Positions 31,201-42,800 of a stretch of DNA of 64,000 nucleotides are shown piece by piece. A model generated the notes under the pieces. That model did not search any database. It was not told the origin of the DNA and was given only the letters and a program-made list of their open reading frames with translations. Positions within the stretch are counted from its first letter, which is position 1. Every line of letters begins with the position of its first letter. The stretch comes from a virus (lineage: Duplodnaviria; Caudoviricetes), in IMG/VR virus record IMGVR_UViG_3300020365_000001; one strand, 5' to 3'. Position numbers and translations under genes: made by a program.

Positions 31201-32366
31201 ATTGCACGATCAGTTACAGTCTTGGTAGTACGAGGTTTTTTGACATCAAGGAACCGAGTACCAATAACTCGTGTTTCAAAACCTTGAACGTATGCTTTAC
31301 CGGGACCAATCCGGATACACATCAAATCTTTAGATGGTTTGTTGCCATCTTCGGTCAGTCTGTTTTGACTGAATTGACCAAAGTTAGAATAGCGATCGTT
31401 CAGACACTCTTTTGCTTCAAGGTCGAACTTATTGACATAGTAGTTGCCACTCTCGTCAAACGTACGACGAGCAAATTCCTTAGCAATCTCACTATAGACG
31501 GTACGGTCAACTAACTGCTTGACTTCACCCTCATCTGTGCGAAGAAGTTCAATGAAGTTCTCATCATTGAAGTCATCCAGACGCTTACGGGTCAGAGCAA
31601 GACTGATCTTCAGTCGATCAGCACCCGGAGCAGTAAAGTTAGAGAAACCTGCTGCATTGTCATACAGCGTAGGATCCTCTACAGCAGTGATGATTTCCTC
31701 TACTACCTGGAATCCTACCCGGAAGGAGGGTTTGTTGTTGTACTGGTCCAGCAGGAGGGTCTGAGTGGGTACTTCAACGAAAGCACCACGTGCAAAGAAG
31801 ACACCACGGACCAGAGTGAACGCAGAACCAGAACCAGTTGCGTTAGAATTGAGAGCAGTGGCGAAGTCAGAACCCTCAGTAATAGTCGTCACACCATAAG
31901 TGAAGTCACTCAGGGTAACCAAGTTCTCACCATCCAACATAGTGGATGTTGAGAGGTCGTCAGAATTGGTCTCGTACTTCAGATAGATTGTAGTACAGTT
32001 ATCAGTAGACTCTTCAGACGACAGAACAAGAACAACCTGAGCAATGACACCTGAAGTCTTGCCCTTGATACGGAGACCAACCAGTTTGTCGTAGTAGAGT
32101 TCTACCGGAACACCAAAGAACGTAGACTCTACTTTGACATACGTGTAGTCAAAGTCATAGTTGAACTTACCAGGGATTACAACAGATCCCTCTTTGAAAA
32201 TATGTTTACCAAACTTCTCAATCTGTCCCTGTAGGATAGATTGCAGAGTTGTTAGTTCTCTCGCTTGGACAGGAGATCCTGGTTTGAACAGAACTTTGTT
32301 GAAATTCTTTTCAGAATCAAAGTCGTCAAAATATGGACTGACGTTTAGGTTGGTGTTCTGTGGCAT
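25293..32366 (-). CDS. Large baseplate/tail structural protein (DUF4815 / VrlC-like)
   Basis: 'NLNVSPYFDDFD...VLFKPG.PVQARELTTLQSILQ.QI', 'APGADRLKI', 'RFKNGFVVDPF' and 'DPLAQSF'; follows gp8. Confidence 0.85.
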   Translation of the reverse strand: MPQNTNLNVSPYFDDFDSEKNFNKVLFKPGSPVQARELTTLQSILQGQIEKFGKHIFKEGSVVIPGKFNYDFDYTYVKVESTFFGVPVELYYDKLVGLRIKGKTSGVIAQVVLVLSSEESTDNCTTIYLKYETNSDDLSTSTMLDGENLVTLSDFTYGVTTITEGSDFATALNSNATGSGSAFTLVRGVFFARGAFVEVPTQTLLLDQYNNKPSFRVGFQVVEEIITAVEDPTLYDNAAGFSNFTAPGADRLKISLALTRKRLDDFNDENFIELLRTDEGEVKQLVDRTVYSEIAKEFARRTFDESGNYYVNKFDLEAKECLNDRYSNFGQFSQNRLTEDGNKPSKDLMCIRIGPGKAYVQGFETRVIGTRFLDVKKPRTTKTVTDRAIPFEAGNRLRVNNTLSAAQISIAAANSDFVDLRSERLDSNKSTASGESIGRARVYDYKLQNSAYTDNTSVFELFLFDIVTDTKVTVNQAITLNAPALVEGARSGARGMLRSNTTSDELILCETAGKFLVDEPIRVNGEDQGRIIIEVREYGMADVKSVRSTGGGRTFAADTVLEEQFNFGAQEFFLTSGGALTSGSTGWAKRLKVGDIVAYNVSGQSDTVYNQVSAVAGSNQSATLVASANAAVAGVAYHDLPGSGTITITGLKVVSPKLIGSDTGFLYAEMPNTNVESVDLTNAVISTRQELTSQSTDGSGQLTLPSLVGTDFVYSAFDEERYTVIYNNGTIEDLSEDQVVFTGGSKSGTISGLTASQSGNVVVHVTKQKGNVSSKLKTLTKATALTVDGSSNSSSAGLADGLTANSIYGKRVQDREISLDYPDIVQVHAVFESSGSGDPTIPSITLSSFTGPNNDNSDLILGEVGIGQSSGCAAYILARSGSTAIEICTKNSRNFIETEEILFETSGVKANVSVITPGDPNIRKNFVLDNGQRDEYYDFGRLVRKQNAGEPQGRLKIYFDHYEVNAQDAGDVVTASSYEKAEYDRIPAYGNIRNSDIIDLRPRVAPYSGSRSPFEFDSRSFASGGQSVPNVLESNENILFNYSYYQGRKDRLYLNPDNSFNIVEGIPSDNPVLPDVVGGAFELATIEYAPYIYDARLETTIRFKANRRYTMKDIGKLENRIEDLEEITSLSLLEAKTESLTIKDPDTGLDRFKNGFVVDPFNSFDVADKTQTEIKYEIDGGKLTPKKTRDSIDLLIGSNSVVGLTGAPDPTVDPRFAEDLGSPNIQKTGDMVTLAYEEVEDRNQPYATRLESVNPYMYRDWNGVLQLVPDSDVYVDRVQQTITEGEGFANDFISETEPVPFMREQNIEFNATVLKPHTRHYSYWSGTDMIDDNFYTIPKLIEVTPQSGSFQTGETVIGYMFTMQNATTSADIRFRLAAPNHKAGPFANPQITYGDNPYSSTVGLSSSYSETTTVLNVDCSSLNQKSDSNFFGVLTPGMLLVGETSGAQATVNDIRLVSDSTGCVQGCYYIPPNTFQDGENTSQLVEIKPEDQIPGKNFSNATQNFFSEGFEITETTVIRTEPALPEPVVINVTNVVNNVTNVIQPPPEQDNNDDPLAQSFEVTDDPGIFMTSVDMFFQSKAAEVPLKVRIVPLENGYPSAKVMKNSEVFLNPDQVSISNDGTVPTNFRFRAPVYLPKGNYAFYLGSASGDYDAWISQVGEADITTADLSQFQQVIVAKQPSQGSLFKAQSNFTWTASQLEDLKYRSYKAKFITEPGTVRLYNPQLNLLNQRNKLPDNPIETFSKRVYVGLASGTDSPHILEGVVVSQENNTTARGTIASRLSHLSQAANTLAITNAGTDYEDGTYNTVNFITSTGRGQNAVGVVTVSSGSITGATVKLDNTGEGYSVGDTLTANLGTKGLGKNLVLTVGVTTSTSALVLTNVSGADFNTTDSISYIPAVGPQAGIASVQTNIIPKVVTVNSDQYDGRHFKVNHPNHGNHSNNSVVSLTGVGGDSVPTRLTVGYAASLTSVVSVASTIGFNFFEGAQVTASNPGFAKIGDEVISYTSVGTNALSGTITRSVDDTIAIDHAIDTPIQKYELSGMSLRKINTDHDLIDVTNNIEGKIALDSYFVKVGGGVLFAKDKVGGGDGARGSSNIVFDTVNPNIAHSTPIGTKLTGKIRTTSGTSVDGNETSFSDQGFEDISLFGRTQLNSTRIIASRKNEQAKSSILALPGAKSFTFEGTLSTDNENVSPVIDVFKSSILTESNRINKPIDNFLTDRRSNVIDDPHSMIYQTKEIGLENPSTSLKVLFAANRPAECEMRVFYRLKREDSSEFDQVFEPMPGFNNLDASGDVINENNNSGLPDRNISPSLTNSFNEYEYTADDLPQFTSFQVKVVFNSSTQSEAPELLDFRTIAVA

Positions 32367-32370
32367 CGTA

Positions 32371-33900
32371 TCAGAATTCTAAGATAATTTTGATATCTTC
32401 TCTTTGGTTTGTCGCTCTAGTAACTTCAGGACGATTATCTAAGTAGATAATGTCGCCAGAATACTTTTGGATTTCAGGAGAAGCAATACCAGAATTGAAA
32501 GTTTGTCCGAAGTAATAAGTACGGTTGTTCACAGTTGTTGATACTCCCGTGAACCCACTATCGATAGCAAGTGTCTCTGTGCCAGTGGTTGTTTGGACCA
32601 CAACGTTCAAAGATCCGCCTGTACCAGGGGTTTTCGTAAACCTATTTAGACGGTATTGATGCATGGACGCTGCATCTCCATTGGCAACACTACGATCTTG
32701 CCAATACTGTAGGACCTGAGTTACAGTGTCGTAACCGATAATTTTACCAATAGCAGTAGAACCAACACCTACTGTCTGAGAAACCTCACCGTCAGTCTGG
32801 ACCGCCATAGTCGTAGAGGCAGCACCAGTCAAACGGATACCGTAAAGACCTGATGCGGTGGGGGCGTCCAACAGGTTAGTGCTACCACTAACAAGAGGAT
32901 TCTTGATAACCCCGATACGAGCAAACTGGTTACCGGTGGGGAAGTCAGGATTGGTAACGTCAGAGTTCTCGATACGTGAATAAACGAGAACTTTGTTAGA
33001 ACCCAACTCACGATAAACGTCAGCACCATGTCCACCTGGAGGAGGAATGATTACTGAGAAGGATGCACCAGAACCATTGACGACGGAATCGAGGTCAAGA
33101 GTTGCAAAAGTGTACCCGGTGCCCCCGTTTGTGACCTGCACATTGGTAGGTTTGCCATTGACGAAAGTGACAGACGCTACGCCGTCTTGACCATCTCCAC
33201 GAATGGGGACGCCATTCTTTGTACCAGAGAATTGGTATGATGCACTAGCAACGTTCTCAATGACAATGACTTCAATCTTTCCGTCAACAGCAGCGTTCCG
33301 AACATCTTGTACATCCGTGCTAGTTCCCCAGTCGCGGGGGACAGGAATGTAGTCAGCACTATCAAACTTGATAATGTCGCTGGGTTTGATTGTATACAGA
33401 TACTTCCAAATATATCCATCACTTTCCAAACGAGGTTGGAGATCAGTGTGCACAGGTTCTTGGAGAGAAATAATCCCCTTACCACTGTTTGATGGTGCAG
33501 CACCATTGTAGATACACTCATAAACCCGGAAGTCCGAGTTGATGATGTAATAGTTGGAATTATAGAGACTAGTAGAACTAGTATTAGGACTCAGGTTGTC
33601 AATACTGTAGTCGTGACGGTACATCTCATAGATGGAACCACTCGTCCAGTTATTCTTACGAATAACTCGAAGGACATCAGACGAATTGATTTTCTTTGCA
33701 GAAATCAACGTATCATAGATCTTATCGTGCTCATCAAAGTTATCGATGGGCGACGGGGTGTTGGTGTTCCAATCAGATGCAACATCAGTGGCGTTCGGCA
33801 AGCCAATAAAAACATAATAACTGTTATCAGTGGTTGAGATTCCGCTGACAAAGTTAGATGCGTTCAACACCCTGATTTGGTCAGTTATAATGGCTGGCAT
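32371..33900 (-). CDS. gp8: Baseplate wedge subunit
   Basis: Motifs 'AIITDQIR', 'DGYIWKYLYTI', 'PPGGHGAD' and 'REDIKIILEF'. Confidence 0.9.
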   Translation of the reverse strand: MPAIITDQIRVLNASNFVSGISTTDNSYYVFIGLPNATDVASDWNTNTPSPIDNFDEHDKIYDTLISAKKINSSDVLRVIRKNNWTSGSIYEMYRHDYSIDNLSPNTSSTSLYNSNYYIINSDFRVYECIYNGAAPSNSGKGIISLQEPVHTDLQPRLESDGYIWKYLYTIKPSDIIKFDSADYIPVPRDWGTSTDVQDVRNAAVDGKIEVIVIENVASASYQFSGTKNGVPIRGDGQDGVASVTFVNGKPTNVQVTNGGTGYTFATLDLDSVVNGSGASFSVIIPPPGGHGADVYRELGSNKVLVYSRIENSDVTNPDFPTGNQFARIGVIKNPLVSGSTNLLDAPTASGLYGIRLTGAASTTMAVQTDGEVSQTVGVGSTAIGKIIGYDTVTQVLQYWQDRSVANGDAASMHQYRLNRFTKTPGTGGSLNVVVQTTTGTETLAIDSGFTGVSTTVNNRTYYFGQTFNSGIASPEIQKYSGDIIYLDNRPEVTRATNQREDIKIILEF

Positions 33901-33926
33901 TACGCTATTGAACTTTATCGTTTTAT

Positions 33927-36824
33927 TTATGGGAGATCCAAGAGCAATCTGCTAGTTCTCACCACTTCGGGTGCAGTGGATAGACCCACCAGACCTTCTG
34001 TAGAGTTGACAGCAAATGAGGTTCCTATGTTTCCGCAGGTAACTTTCGCCCAACTAAATGTGCCGTAGTTGTTACCCACATCACTACTCAGACCAACAAA
34101 TCCTGGTGCTAGACCATGATTAGTTTGGATATTGACATGAACTCTCACAACTTGAGAGGCAAGATCTTCGATGTGCGATACTTCGTATACACCATCTAGG
34201 AACTCTGTAGCAATGCCAACTGTTCCAGTTCTGTCTTGAGTAAGTGCGGTTACACCAGTACCAACATTAGATCTAGAGATGACAAAGTAGTCACCTGTAC
34301 CAATACCGGTCTTGGATATACCTCCATATTTATTGACCCGCGCTTGGGCATTCAATGGGATGTGTAAATGTAGTTGCAGTGCTTGAGCACTCACACCCAC
34401 CCCACAGATAGTACCTTGGTCACCTGCAATGTTGGCACTTTCAATACTGACAACAGGCGTCTGATAGGTAGTAAGACCAAATCCAGTGGTAGGTCTGGCA
34501 GTATCTACAATCCTGATCGGGAAGTCTGATGTTGGATTGAAGGTATTTCCCTCACTGAATCGGAATCCAAGAGCACCACCCTGCATGTAAATAACGCTGT
34601 CGCTACTAGCGATGCTTTTGATTGCTCGGGAAGATGGGAAGACATTGCCAGCAAGTTCGGCACGGGACTTACTAACCTTTACACCCTCCACAAAGAGATC
34701 ATCTCTCTGCTTGGTCCACCGCAAAGGACGCAGTGGATCTACCACGTCAGTGATACCGGGACCCTTGTAGTTTGTAGTAAGAAGGGTGTCACGAGTCAGG
34801 ATGTCACGAGCAACTCTGGAATCCTGATCAATAATCTTGACACCATCACCTTTCTTGATAGACTCAAGTGCAGAAGCAGTATCAATGTCAGAGTCGGTTC
34901 CCCGGTAGAATAGAATTTGGCAACTAGAACCTGCTACAGGAGGTTCAGTAAATTCGATCCTAGTTCCACCAGAGAAGTTATATGCAACACCTGGTTTTTG
35001 CAGGACATCATTGATGAAGATTAGTAGAACATCGTCAAGACTAATCGGACTACCTTCCTGCTTTTCAATACTAAGAACGACATTGTTATTCTTCAGTTGG
35101 AACGTAGTCTTACGACCATTGAATTGATCACTAATGTCATCTAGGATTTGCAACTTACCAAACACCCAACCAGCAAACTCATCGTCTGCGGTGTCTTCTA
35201 CAGTAAAGATAGCGTTCTGGAAATTTGCTCCAATGCTGCTAACTGTAGGAATACCAACTACATTCAGGGTCTCGCCAACAGTATATCCATAACCAGGGTT
35301 GGTGATTGTAAACTCACCCAGACTCTTTCCAATACCAATTTCAACAGAGATGCTGGCACCTACACCAGTGTTGGCGCTTTCTAATTTGACATCATCATAC
35401 AATCCGGGTTCATATCCAAAACCTTGACTATTGCCAATAGAAACAATGATACCCTTTCTAGGCAGTTTGTTAGCATTGACATCAACGGTGCTGAGAACAT
35501 CTACTCCACCAGGAGTTTGTGTTCCAGTAAACCTAACAGAAGTAATACCTGTTGTAGAACCACCAATAAAAGTGTAGTCTTCGGAAGGTTTCTGGAAAAT
35601 ATTATTGATCAGAATTGCACCAAAATCACTGGTGATGCCTACAGTATTGCTGCCGCCAGAAGTCAGGGTAAAGGTTTTGCCAATACCAGTAAAGTTCTGG
35701 GCAACATCATCCATGACAACATTGCCGTCGTAGTCACTACGAGTAAATGCTCTGCCTTGGAAAGAACTACCAACAATGTCATCAGCAAAGACCAGGGTAT
35801 GAGTTCCAATACCAGCAGAGGTTAGTGCAATGGGTTGATTGGTTACAGCATCATCTTTAGTATCTGCAAACTTGAATGTGTTTGGTTCAGATTGGATAAT
35901 GTAGTATTCCCTGTTAGAAACAAGTGGAGAAGGTGGTGTCAATGAACGAAGTTTGACGGCACTTCCAGTCTCAAGACTCTCAGTAAGAATAGTAAAATTA
36001 TGATCTGTTCCTAGACCAACAATATTACTTGAATTGATACCAACTTGTCTACGATTGCCACCAAAAGGAACGTCTACAAAAGTAATCTTATCGCCAATAA
36101 TGTTGTAATCACCAAACACCAGCATGGCGGTGTCGCCAGCAGTATGGGTTTGTAATCTAGTTCCCAACCAACTTCTCTTTACCAGAAGGGTGTTAGCATT
36201 GCCACCACTGTTGGTAACTTCAACCACCATGATCTCATCATTGATTTTGATGAGACTACCTGCTTCAAACATACTAGCATCATCTAGAACAAGTGTATTG
36301 TTAGAGATAGAGACCAATGATGCAGTAGTATTCTGACGTGGATAAACCGGTGACTGAACAATATTGTCAATCAGGATAATACACTTGGTGTTTAGTTTCT
36401 TTGCAGTAAAAGCGTGAGTGGCACCCACACCAACAGTTGTGAGACCAATGGGAGAATTCTGTAACGCTAATGCTTTTGTTGCTGCAAGCCGGATCTTATT
36501 CTCGTCAACTTTGATTGCAAATACACTCTTGGGCAAGGTGGTTCCAGCACCAGTGCCGTTCTGCCCATGCTGAATGCCAATAGGAAAAGTAGATCCGGTA
36601 AAATCTACATTGGGATGGGAATCATATACCAGTTCTTCACCAGTCCGATAGAAATGGTTCGGAATGACAATCGAATCATCACCTAAAAGAATATCGGTTG
36701 TACTATCCCCAACAAATTCTTTCTTGAACAGAGGATCTCCCTCATGTCTCAGAGTAAACTGATTGAGGAAGGTCTCTTGCTCAGCGTTGAATTTTTTGTT
36801 GACGGATCCTATTTGAAATCCCAT
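33927..36824 (-). CDS. Baseplate structural protein, probably the C-terminal part of a gp7-like wedge initiator
   Basis: 965 aa with 'IPNHFYRTGEELVY', 'LDDISDQFNG' and 'FINDVLQKPG'; TAATG-coupled to the 2746-aa ORF, between it and gp8. Confidence 0.7.
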   Translation of the reverse strand: MGFQIGSVNKKFNAEQETFLNQFTLRHEGDPLFKKEFVGDSTTDILLGDDSIVIPNHFYRTGEELVYDSHPNVDFTGSTFPIGIQHGQNGTGAGTTLPKSVFAIKVDENKIRLAATKALALQNSPIGLTTVGVGATHAFTAKKLNTKCIILIDNIVQSPVYPRQNTTASLVSISNNTLVLDDASMFEAGSLIKINDEIMVVEVTNSGGNANTLLVKRSWLGTRLQTHTAGDTAMLVFGDYNIIGDKITFVDVPFGGNRRQVGINSSNIVGLGTDHNFTILTESLETGSAVKLRSLTPPSPLVSNREYYIIQSEPNTFKFADTKDDAVTNQPIALTSAGIGTHTLVFADDIVGSSFQGRAFTRSDYDGNVVMDDVAQNFTGIGKTFTLTSGGSNTVGITSDFGAILINNIFQKPSEDYTFIGGSTTGITSVRFTGTQTPGGVDVLSTVDVNANKLPRKGIIVSIGNSQGFGYEPGLYDDVKLESANTGVGASISVEIGIGKSLGEFTITNPGYGYTVGETLNVVGIPTVSSIGANFQNAIFTVEDTADDEFAGWVFGKLQILDDISDQFNGRKTTFQLKNNNVVLSIEKQEGSPISLDDVLLIFINDVLQKPGVAYNFSGGTRIEFTEPPVAGSSCQILFYRGTDSDIDTASALESIKKGDGVKIIDQDSRVARDILTRDTLLTTNYKGPGITDVVDPLRPLRWTKQRDDLFVEGVKVSKSRAELAGNVFPSSRAIKSIASSDSVIYMQGGALGFRFSEGNTFNPTSDFPIRIVDTARPTTGFGLTTYQTPVVSIESANIAGDQGTICGVGVSAQALQLHLHIPLNAQARVNKYGGISKTGIGTGDYFVISRSNVGTGVTALTQDRTGTVGIATEFLDGVYEVSHIEDLASQVVRVHVNIQTNHGLAPGFVGLSSDVGNNYGTFSWAKVTCGNIGTSFAVNSTEGLVGLSTAPEVVRTSRLLLDLP

Positions 36825-39800
36825 TAGAGTGTTATGGTTGTGTCGTTTGCGACGTTATCGGGTTTGTCAATTCGGATTTCAGAAACCCGGACAACATAGT
36901 CCTTGTTTGCTAGTGGCGTAAACCTCAAACGCATATTATTGCCACTGATGTTTATATCTATGGCTCGAATATCACGCTTCTGTTGAGTAGCGTTAGACAG
37001 GTTATTGTATACGTTATAATTTGAATATCCAGCAAACGCATTTGCGGATACGTTGAACACGGAGTATTCATCATCAGTGGTGTTATGCACTTGAATCAAA
37101 TACTTCACAGAGGTGTAGTTAGTGTAATCCTTGGAAGAAACAATAACTGCGGAAGGAGATCCAGTAGCAGCAATCTCTGTGCGAGTAGCATTCAACTCAG
37201 CATCACCCACCTCAATTTTAGGAATCTCCGAAACATTCAGTCCAGCAGTGGTGGCAACACCAACAGAGGTTGTCAAAGTTCTAATGGTAACTGCCTGGTT
37301 TGCTGCGGGAGTATATTGGAGTTTGAGAACTCCGCTATTTTGAACAACGTCAAAATCTCCCAAGGTGCTACCAGAATTCATGTTGCCATAATCTGAGAAC
37401 AGGACTCCACCAGTGCCATCTGCCAAGAAGTTATATTCCTCAAGATCAGTTTCTGTATTGCTAGAGTGAACAACCAAAATTGTTCCTGACTTGAAGTCAG
37501 AAGCATCAATATCTTGAATAGTATGTGTTGCGGGAGAACCAGTTGCAGAGAAAGCAGAAGCAATACCAATCTTCTCGATGTTGGAATAAGAAGTGCTTCC
37601 TACACCAAGAGATTTGAGAACTGCTTCTTTATAGAACGTGATGTCGTAAGTGAAAGTGTTGTTGTAGGGTTCAAAAGAAACCTCAACAACATTTCCGTTC
37701 TGTTGTACAACAAACTCGCCCAAATCAAATGCATCTGACAGATCAGAATACTGGTTGATATATGCGTCAGTTCCGTCTGTGAATACAGCGAACTCACAAT
37801 ACTGAGTAGCATTGTAGGAAATTCCCAGAGAAGAATCTAGGACAACCTGAGCATAATACTTGACACAAACAGGACTGTTGGCAGAAGAGGTGTCAAAAGA
37901 GTCAATAGCAACTGTTCGGATGAGGTTAGGATCATCATAGAACTGGGGACTGATGTCATCAATCTCCAAAACGCGGTTAGACTTACAGATCAGAGAAGAA
38001 CCAAAACGTTGTGCATTGAAAATAATCTTGTCACTTACAGTGTTGGTTGCATTTGGTTCTTCATAAACCAAGTCGAAGTTATGGATATTGGACAGGGAAT
38101 CTTCACTGTCAATCAGGACCACAGACTTGGAGATAGTTCCTACGCCAACACCAGTAGTAGAGGTTTTACCAACACCAGTGGGTTGCGACGGAATCAGCAT
38201 GTCTGAATGCTTTTTGAATCCGGCAATATGTGCCAGTGCATCAACTGGTTCACTCCAAGAAGCAATTCCAACGTTACTCTTCAGAGAGTATGCAAACGAT
38301 TGATAGTAATCACTGTCTTGGATGCGCTGATAGAAGTTAGACAGTTGTCCGACATCATTTTCCCATCCAAAACGTTTCTTGAATACAACACCAACATCAA
38401 AGTTTCCTTTGAAAGTTTCTATCCTCTCGATAGTTCCGCCTGAACCGGAGAGTTCAGCAGTAATGCTGTCTCCAACTTGGAATTCGTCAACATTGTTGAC
38501 ACGAATAACATTTCTTACTTTACCTTCGCCCGAGACAATTCTAGATGTCTCAGAATTACGCATATTGATAATTCGCTCACCTTTGAAGAATCTACCTTCA
38601 TCAAGAGTCACATCAAACTTGGCAATGTCCTTATCGTTGCTAACAGTGCCAAAGGTTCCCAGATCATAGACGCCAGGATCAACGGGGACCTCATAAGTAA
38701 TCGTTGCTTTGTTGATAAGACCAACAGCCGGATTGACTGCTGTTAGAGTAAAGGTATCAAATCCAAATGTGGATGAGTTATATCCATGGCCGGATGTCAC
38801 ACCAACGTTCTCAACGAACACTTTATCGCCAACTGCGAATGGCATGTTAGTTGCATCAAATCCAGTCTCTGGGGTCTTCAGAGTTAGAGTGACATTAGGA
38901 GCACTATATGTGACAGTTACAATACCAACTCCATTGCTGTTGTTGATAGCAACCAGTTTATTGTCACCACTGCTCAGGTTGTTACCTCCCTGGACAATGC
39001 GAACATTAGATACACTAGAACCAAGAAGTTCTACTTTGAATTCAGTGCCAGCATTGACTTCATTCTTCTTCGTGTTATAGATTACCAAGTCTGGACCAGT
39101 CAGATATTTCTTGCCAGTGCTGGTAATAGCAACGTTAGAGACGGTGAAGTTGTCCTTCAGGAAGAGAACCTGAGGCATCTCTGCTTCTGGACGCAGAGTC
39201 TTATCTGATGGATAATCATAACCAGACTGGATGATTTCTACAGTATCCAACTTGCCAACGTTTGAACCAGAAGCACGCAGCAATGCAGATGTACCAGTTG
39301 TTGACCCAACAGTTACTTGCGGAAGATCTCTATAACGAGTACCCTTAGAAACCAAGAGCAGATCAGCGATTGGACCTTTCTCAGTAAGAGAAGTCGTGGT
39401 ATAATTGATGTCTGCTGTTACTGAAGTATATCCAACACGTTCTGGGTTCTCAAAAATGTTGAACTTGAATGTGTCGCTAGTAACAGAACTAATAGATGCT
39501 TTGGTCGTAAAATCACTTTGTGTGACTACGATCTTACCGTAATCGTCAATAGAGTCATCGACTTCAATAATCTTAGAAGTATCAAGTGATTCTAACTTGT
39601 AGAATAGAGTTCTAGGAACTTCTGGAGTGAAGTGTACAGATGCCTTAGAACCACTAGAACCAGGGGCACCACTATAACTAACTTCGATAGTAGATTTACC
39701 GGAACCAACAAAAGACTTCTGGTACGTTGAATCTAGATAGAATCCGAGTTTAGTGTTTGACAAAGACGAATCAGACATGTCAAACTCAAGCAGATCACCA

Positions 39801-42800
39801 TCAACAACGGTGACTTTGGGATTTGCTGAGTTACCAATACTCACAAACCTGTTGCCAGGATTGTAGGTAAGAGCGATAGAACTAGTTCCCATGGAAACAA
39901 TGTTCATATCAATCTCATCCCCAGGACGCAGAGTATGGGGATTCTTGGTGGTAGCAGTTACATCAGTGATTTGAATTGTGGCAGTGATTTCTCCTCTAAC
40001 TGTTTTGAAGGAGTGGGTATTGCCAACACCAATGTTGCTGTAGAACAGTGCCCGACTATTAGGAGAATTGATCTGGTTCTGCATGGTGACAACACCAACA
40101 GTGCTGTTGTCAACAACTTGAACGAACAGAGTTTCGGGCAGAGGAGCAGACCAACCAGAAGCAGTGCCAACACCAGCAGTCAAATATTGGATGGCAGTGC
40201 CGTCATCATAGTTGTAAGTAATTTTTTCACCGTTCTTGAACGGATGGTTGGGTAGGAAAATAGTGCCCTTGGGAATGTCACGAGTACCACCAGTGCCTAG
40301 GATTCTTTGGTTGGTGATAGTATGGGTTTCTCCTTGACCAATAGATGCACCAATACCCAACTGGGAAGTGGCATCAAAATAGACACGTTCGTCTAGTGGG
40401 GTGGAGTCGCAACTCGGAAGACCGAAGGTAAACTTACGCTCAAGACGATCAATACGTGAACCGTTAGTATGAGCGACACCAGCAGTGCCATTTTGGGCAC
40501 GCAGCAGGTCAAGTTCATTTCTTGCAGTATCAATTCTGTAAATACGGAACTGCTCACTATTGATGCGGATGATGTCATCAATTTCAAATTTGGATGGATC
40601 ATCACTGATCTTGACACTGGTAGTAATACCACCATTGATGCCTAGGGCATTGATTGTGGTAGACAGACCAGATTTGACAGAACTTACCGTAACAGTATGA
40701 CGACCTTCAAGTTCGTCATGCAGGGTAGAAGAGACATCATCTACCCTAAGCGAAGTTCCAGTAACTAGGTTATGAGGAACAGTGGTAATACCAGTGACAC
40801 TGCCACCGGTATATACAAACGTAGTATCAGGGAAACTGTTTACAGTCGATGTGAAAGAACTAATGATCGGGCCACTAATTTTTGAAACGTGGGCGATTGC
40901 GCCAAATCCGTTGGTTTCACTGTTATCAAATACCACGTTGTCACCAACACCGTACTCATTACCACCATCAATAATGTCCAGTGAAGTAATTCCACCAGTG
41001 TTTGTCGAGACGATTCGGGATTGGACGAATGTATTTTTCTGTGAGTTCGAGACGAAATCATATGAATTGATGTTGTAGTTTCTAGTATTCCTGACCAGAT
41101 TGTACTTCAAGGGATCATGCTGTTGGTCAAATCCGAATCCTAGGTTCAATACCTCTGGTTGAGATCTATAAGAATCTCCCACAACATATGGGAAAATGGG
41201 TTCTCTGCCATTGTTGAAAGGACTTCCAGAGTTAGAAATCTGGTTACTAGTTACCGTAGTAAAGTATGCATACACTCCGTTTGGATAATCTGGAGTGACA
41301 GTAAATCTACCATTATGTTCATCAAGGTCACCAAAACCAGGTCTGTATGTGTAATCCTCAACAAAGAATCCAGCAGGATAGTTTACGATACTAGGACCGT
41401 TAGTACGCTGACCAGACAATTTCACATAACTGGATTGCATATATCCAAGAAGACCGCTACCGTTGGGATTCTTGAATCCTACGGGTCCATAAATGGGGTT
41501 GCCGTCATACGCCCAACCGAGGATGGGTGAGTGGTCACCGCCAGAATCTTGGAGATAATCCCTCAAGTTACGTGGTGCATAGTAATTTACGTAAGGGTTG
41601 CCAAGATTGCTGTCCTTGGCAACTTCGTAATAACCATCATCCGTAGATACATCACCAAAACGTGCATATCGATTCACCTGGTTGATAGTCCACTCATTCA
41701 GATTAGCAGAGTAGATTGCATGACCACCAGGAGTCTTTGCTGCAACAGTAGTTTGGGACTGGGTGTAGTTACCACCCTTTTCAATCATCTCAATGGCAAC
41801 AATCTGACCATTAGAAACAACTGCTTTCGCCTTTGCACCCACACCGTCACCAGTGATGACAATATCTGGGGTGCTGAAGAAATCTTTACCACCAGACTTG
41901 ATGATAATTTGATCTACTCGACCATTGACGATGAACGGTTGCAAGAATGCTTCTTTGCCAATAACCGTGTTGATTTCTGGTCTGAAGTTATCATTGATTA
42001 CGGTAGAACCGAAGTTATCACCAGGAACGGTAACAAAGACGTTCTGAACAGAACCTCGTACAATAGGAGTTGCCGTGGTGTTAGAAGTTGTAATGCCCTG
42101 ACGACCACTAACAAGAACCTGAATCGCAGGATCTTTGAAGGTATGCGTTCCTGACCCAGGACCGTTCAGTGCAATAAGATTTTGATTATTTTTGTCAGTA
42201 GTCAGTTGGAAAATGTCATCAGAGACTTTGGATACAAAGTATTGACTGTCATCAACCAAACCTTGAATGTTTGCAATATCAGAACTATAGACAACAACAT
42301 CTCCACTGTTGAATCCGTGGTTGTTGATTTCAATGCTGTTAGTAAATGTATTGATACCAGCAATAGTGGTGATTTCCCTATTATGGAAAGAACCGGTTCC
42401 TTCAATCAGGATCTCATCAATTCTGCTACGTCTCCTAACAGAGGTGAATCTTTGAATACCTCCACCACTACCAGTGATAGGAATAATAACCTCAACATTT
42501 GTCGCCAAAGAATTTGCTTTGGTCTCAGAAAGACGGAATGAGAAGTCATCAATCTTCCTTACAAAATACGATGCAGAATCAATAAGGGTTCCTGGTGTCG
42601 TGCCAATACCAATATTGCTTGTGCCATTCGTGGTATAGATGATCTCCTCACCATTTGTAAATCCATGAGGTTTGGCAAACAGGAAGGTATCTGTTGAGGT
42701 GTTTACCACACCACCAGTTGTTGTACTGTCAAAATCAATGACTCGGGGTACAGTTTTCATCTTTGCCCGTGCCACAACATCCTTATGGTTGCCGCCAAGG

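Noticed and set aside
36815-36835. Programmed frameshift joining the two gp7-like ORFs
   Set aside because: There is no slippery heptamer before the stop; TAATG coupling is common elsewhere in this window.
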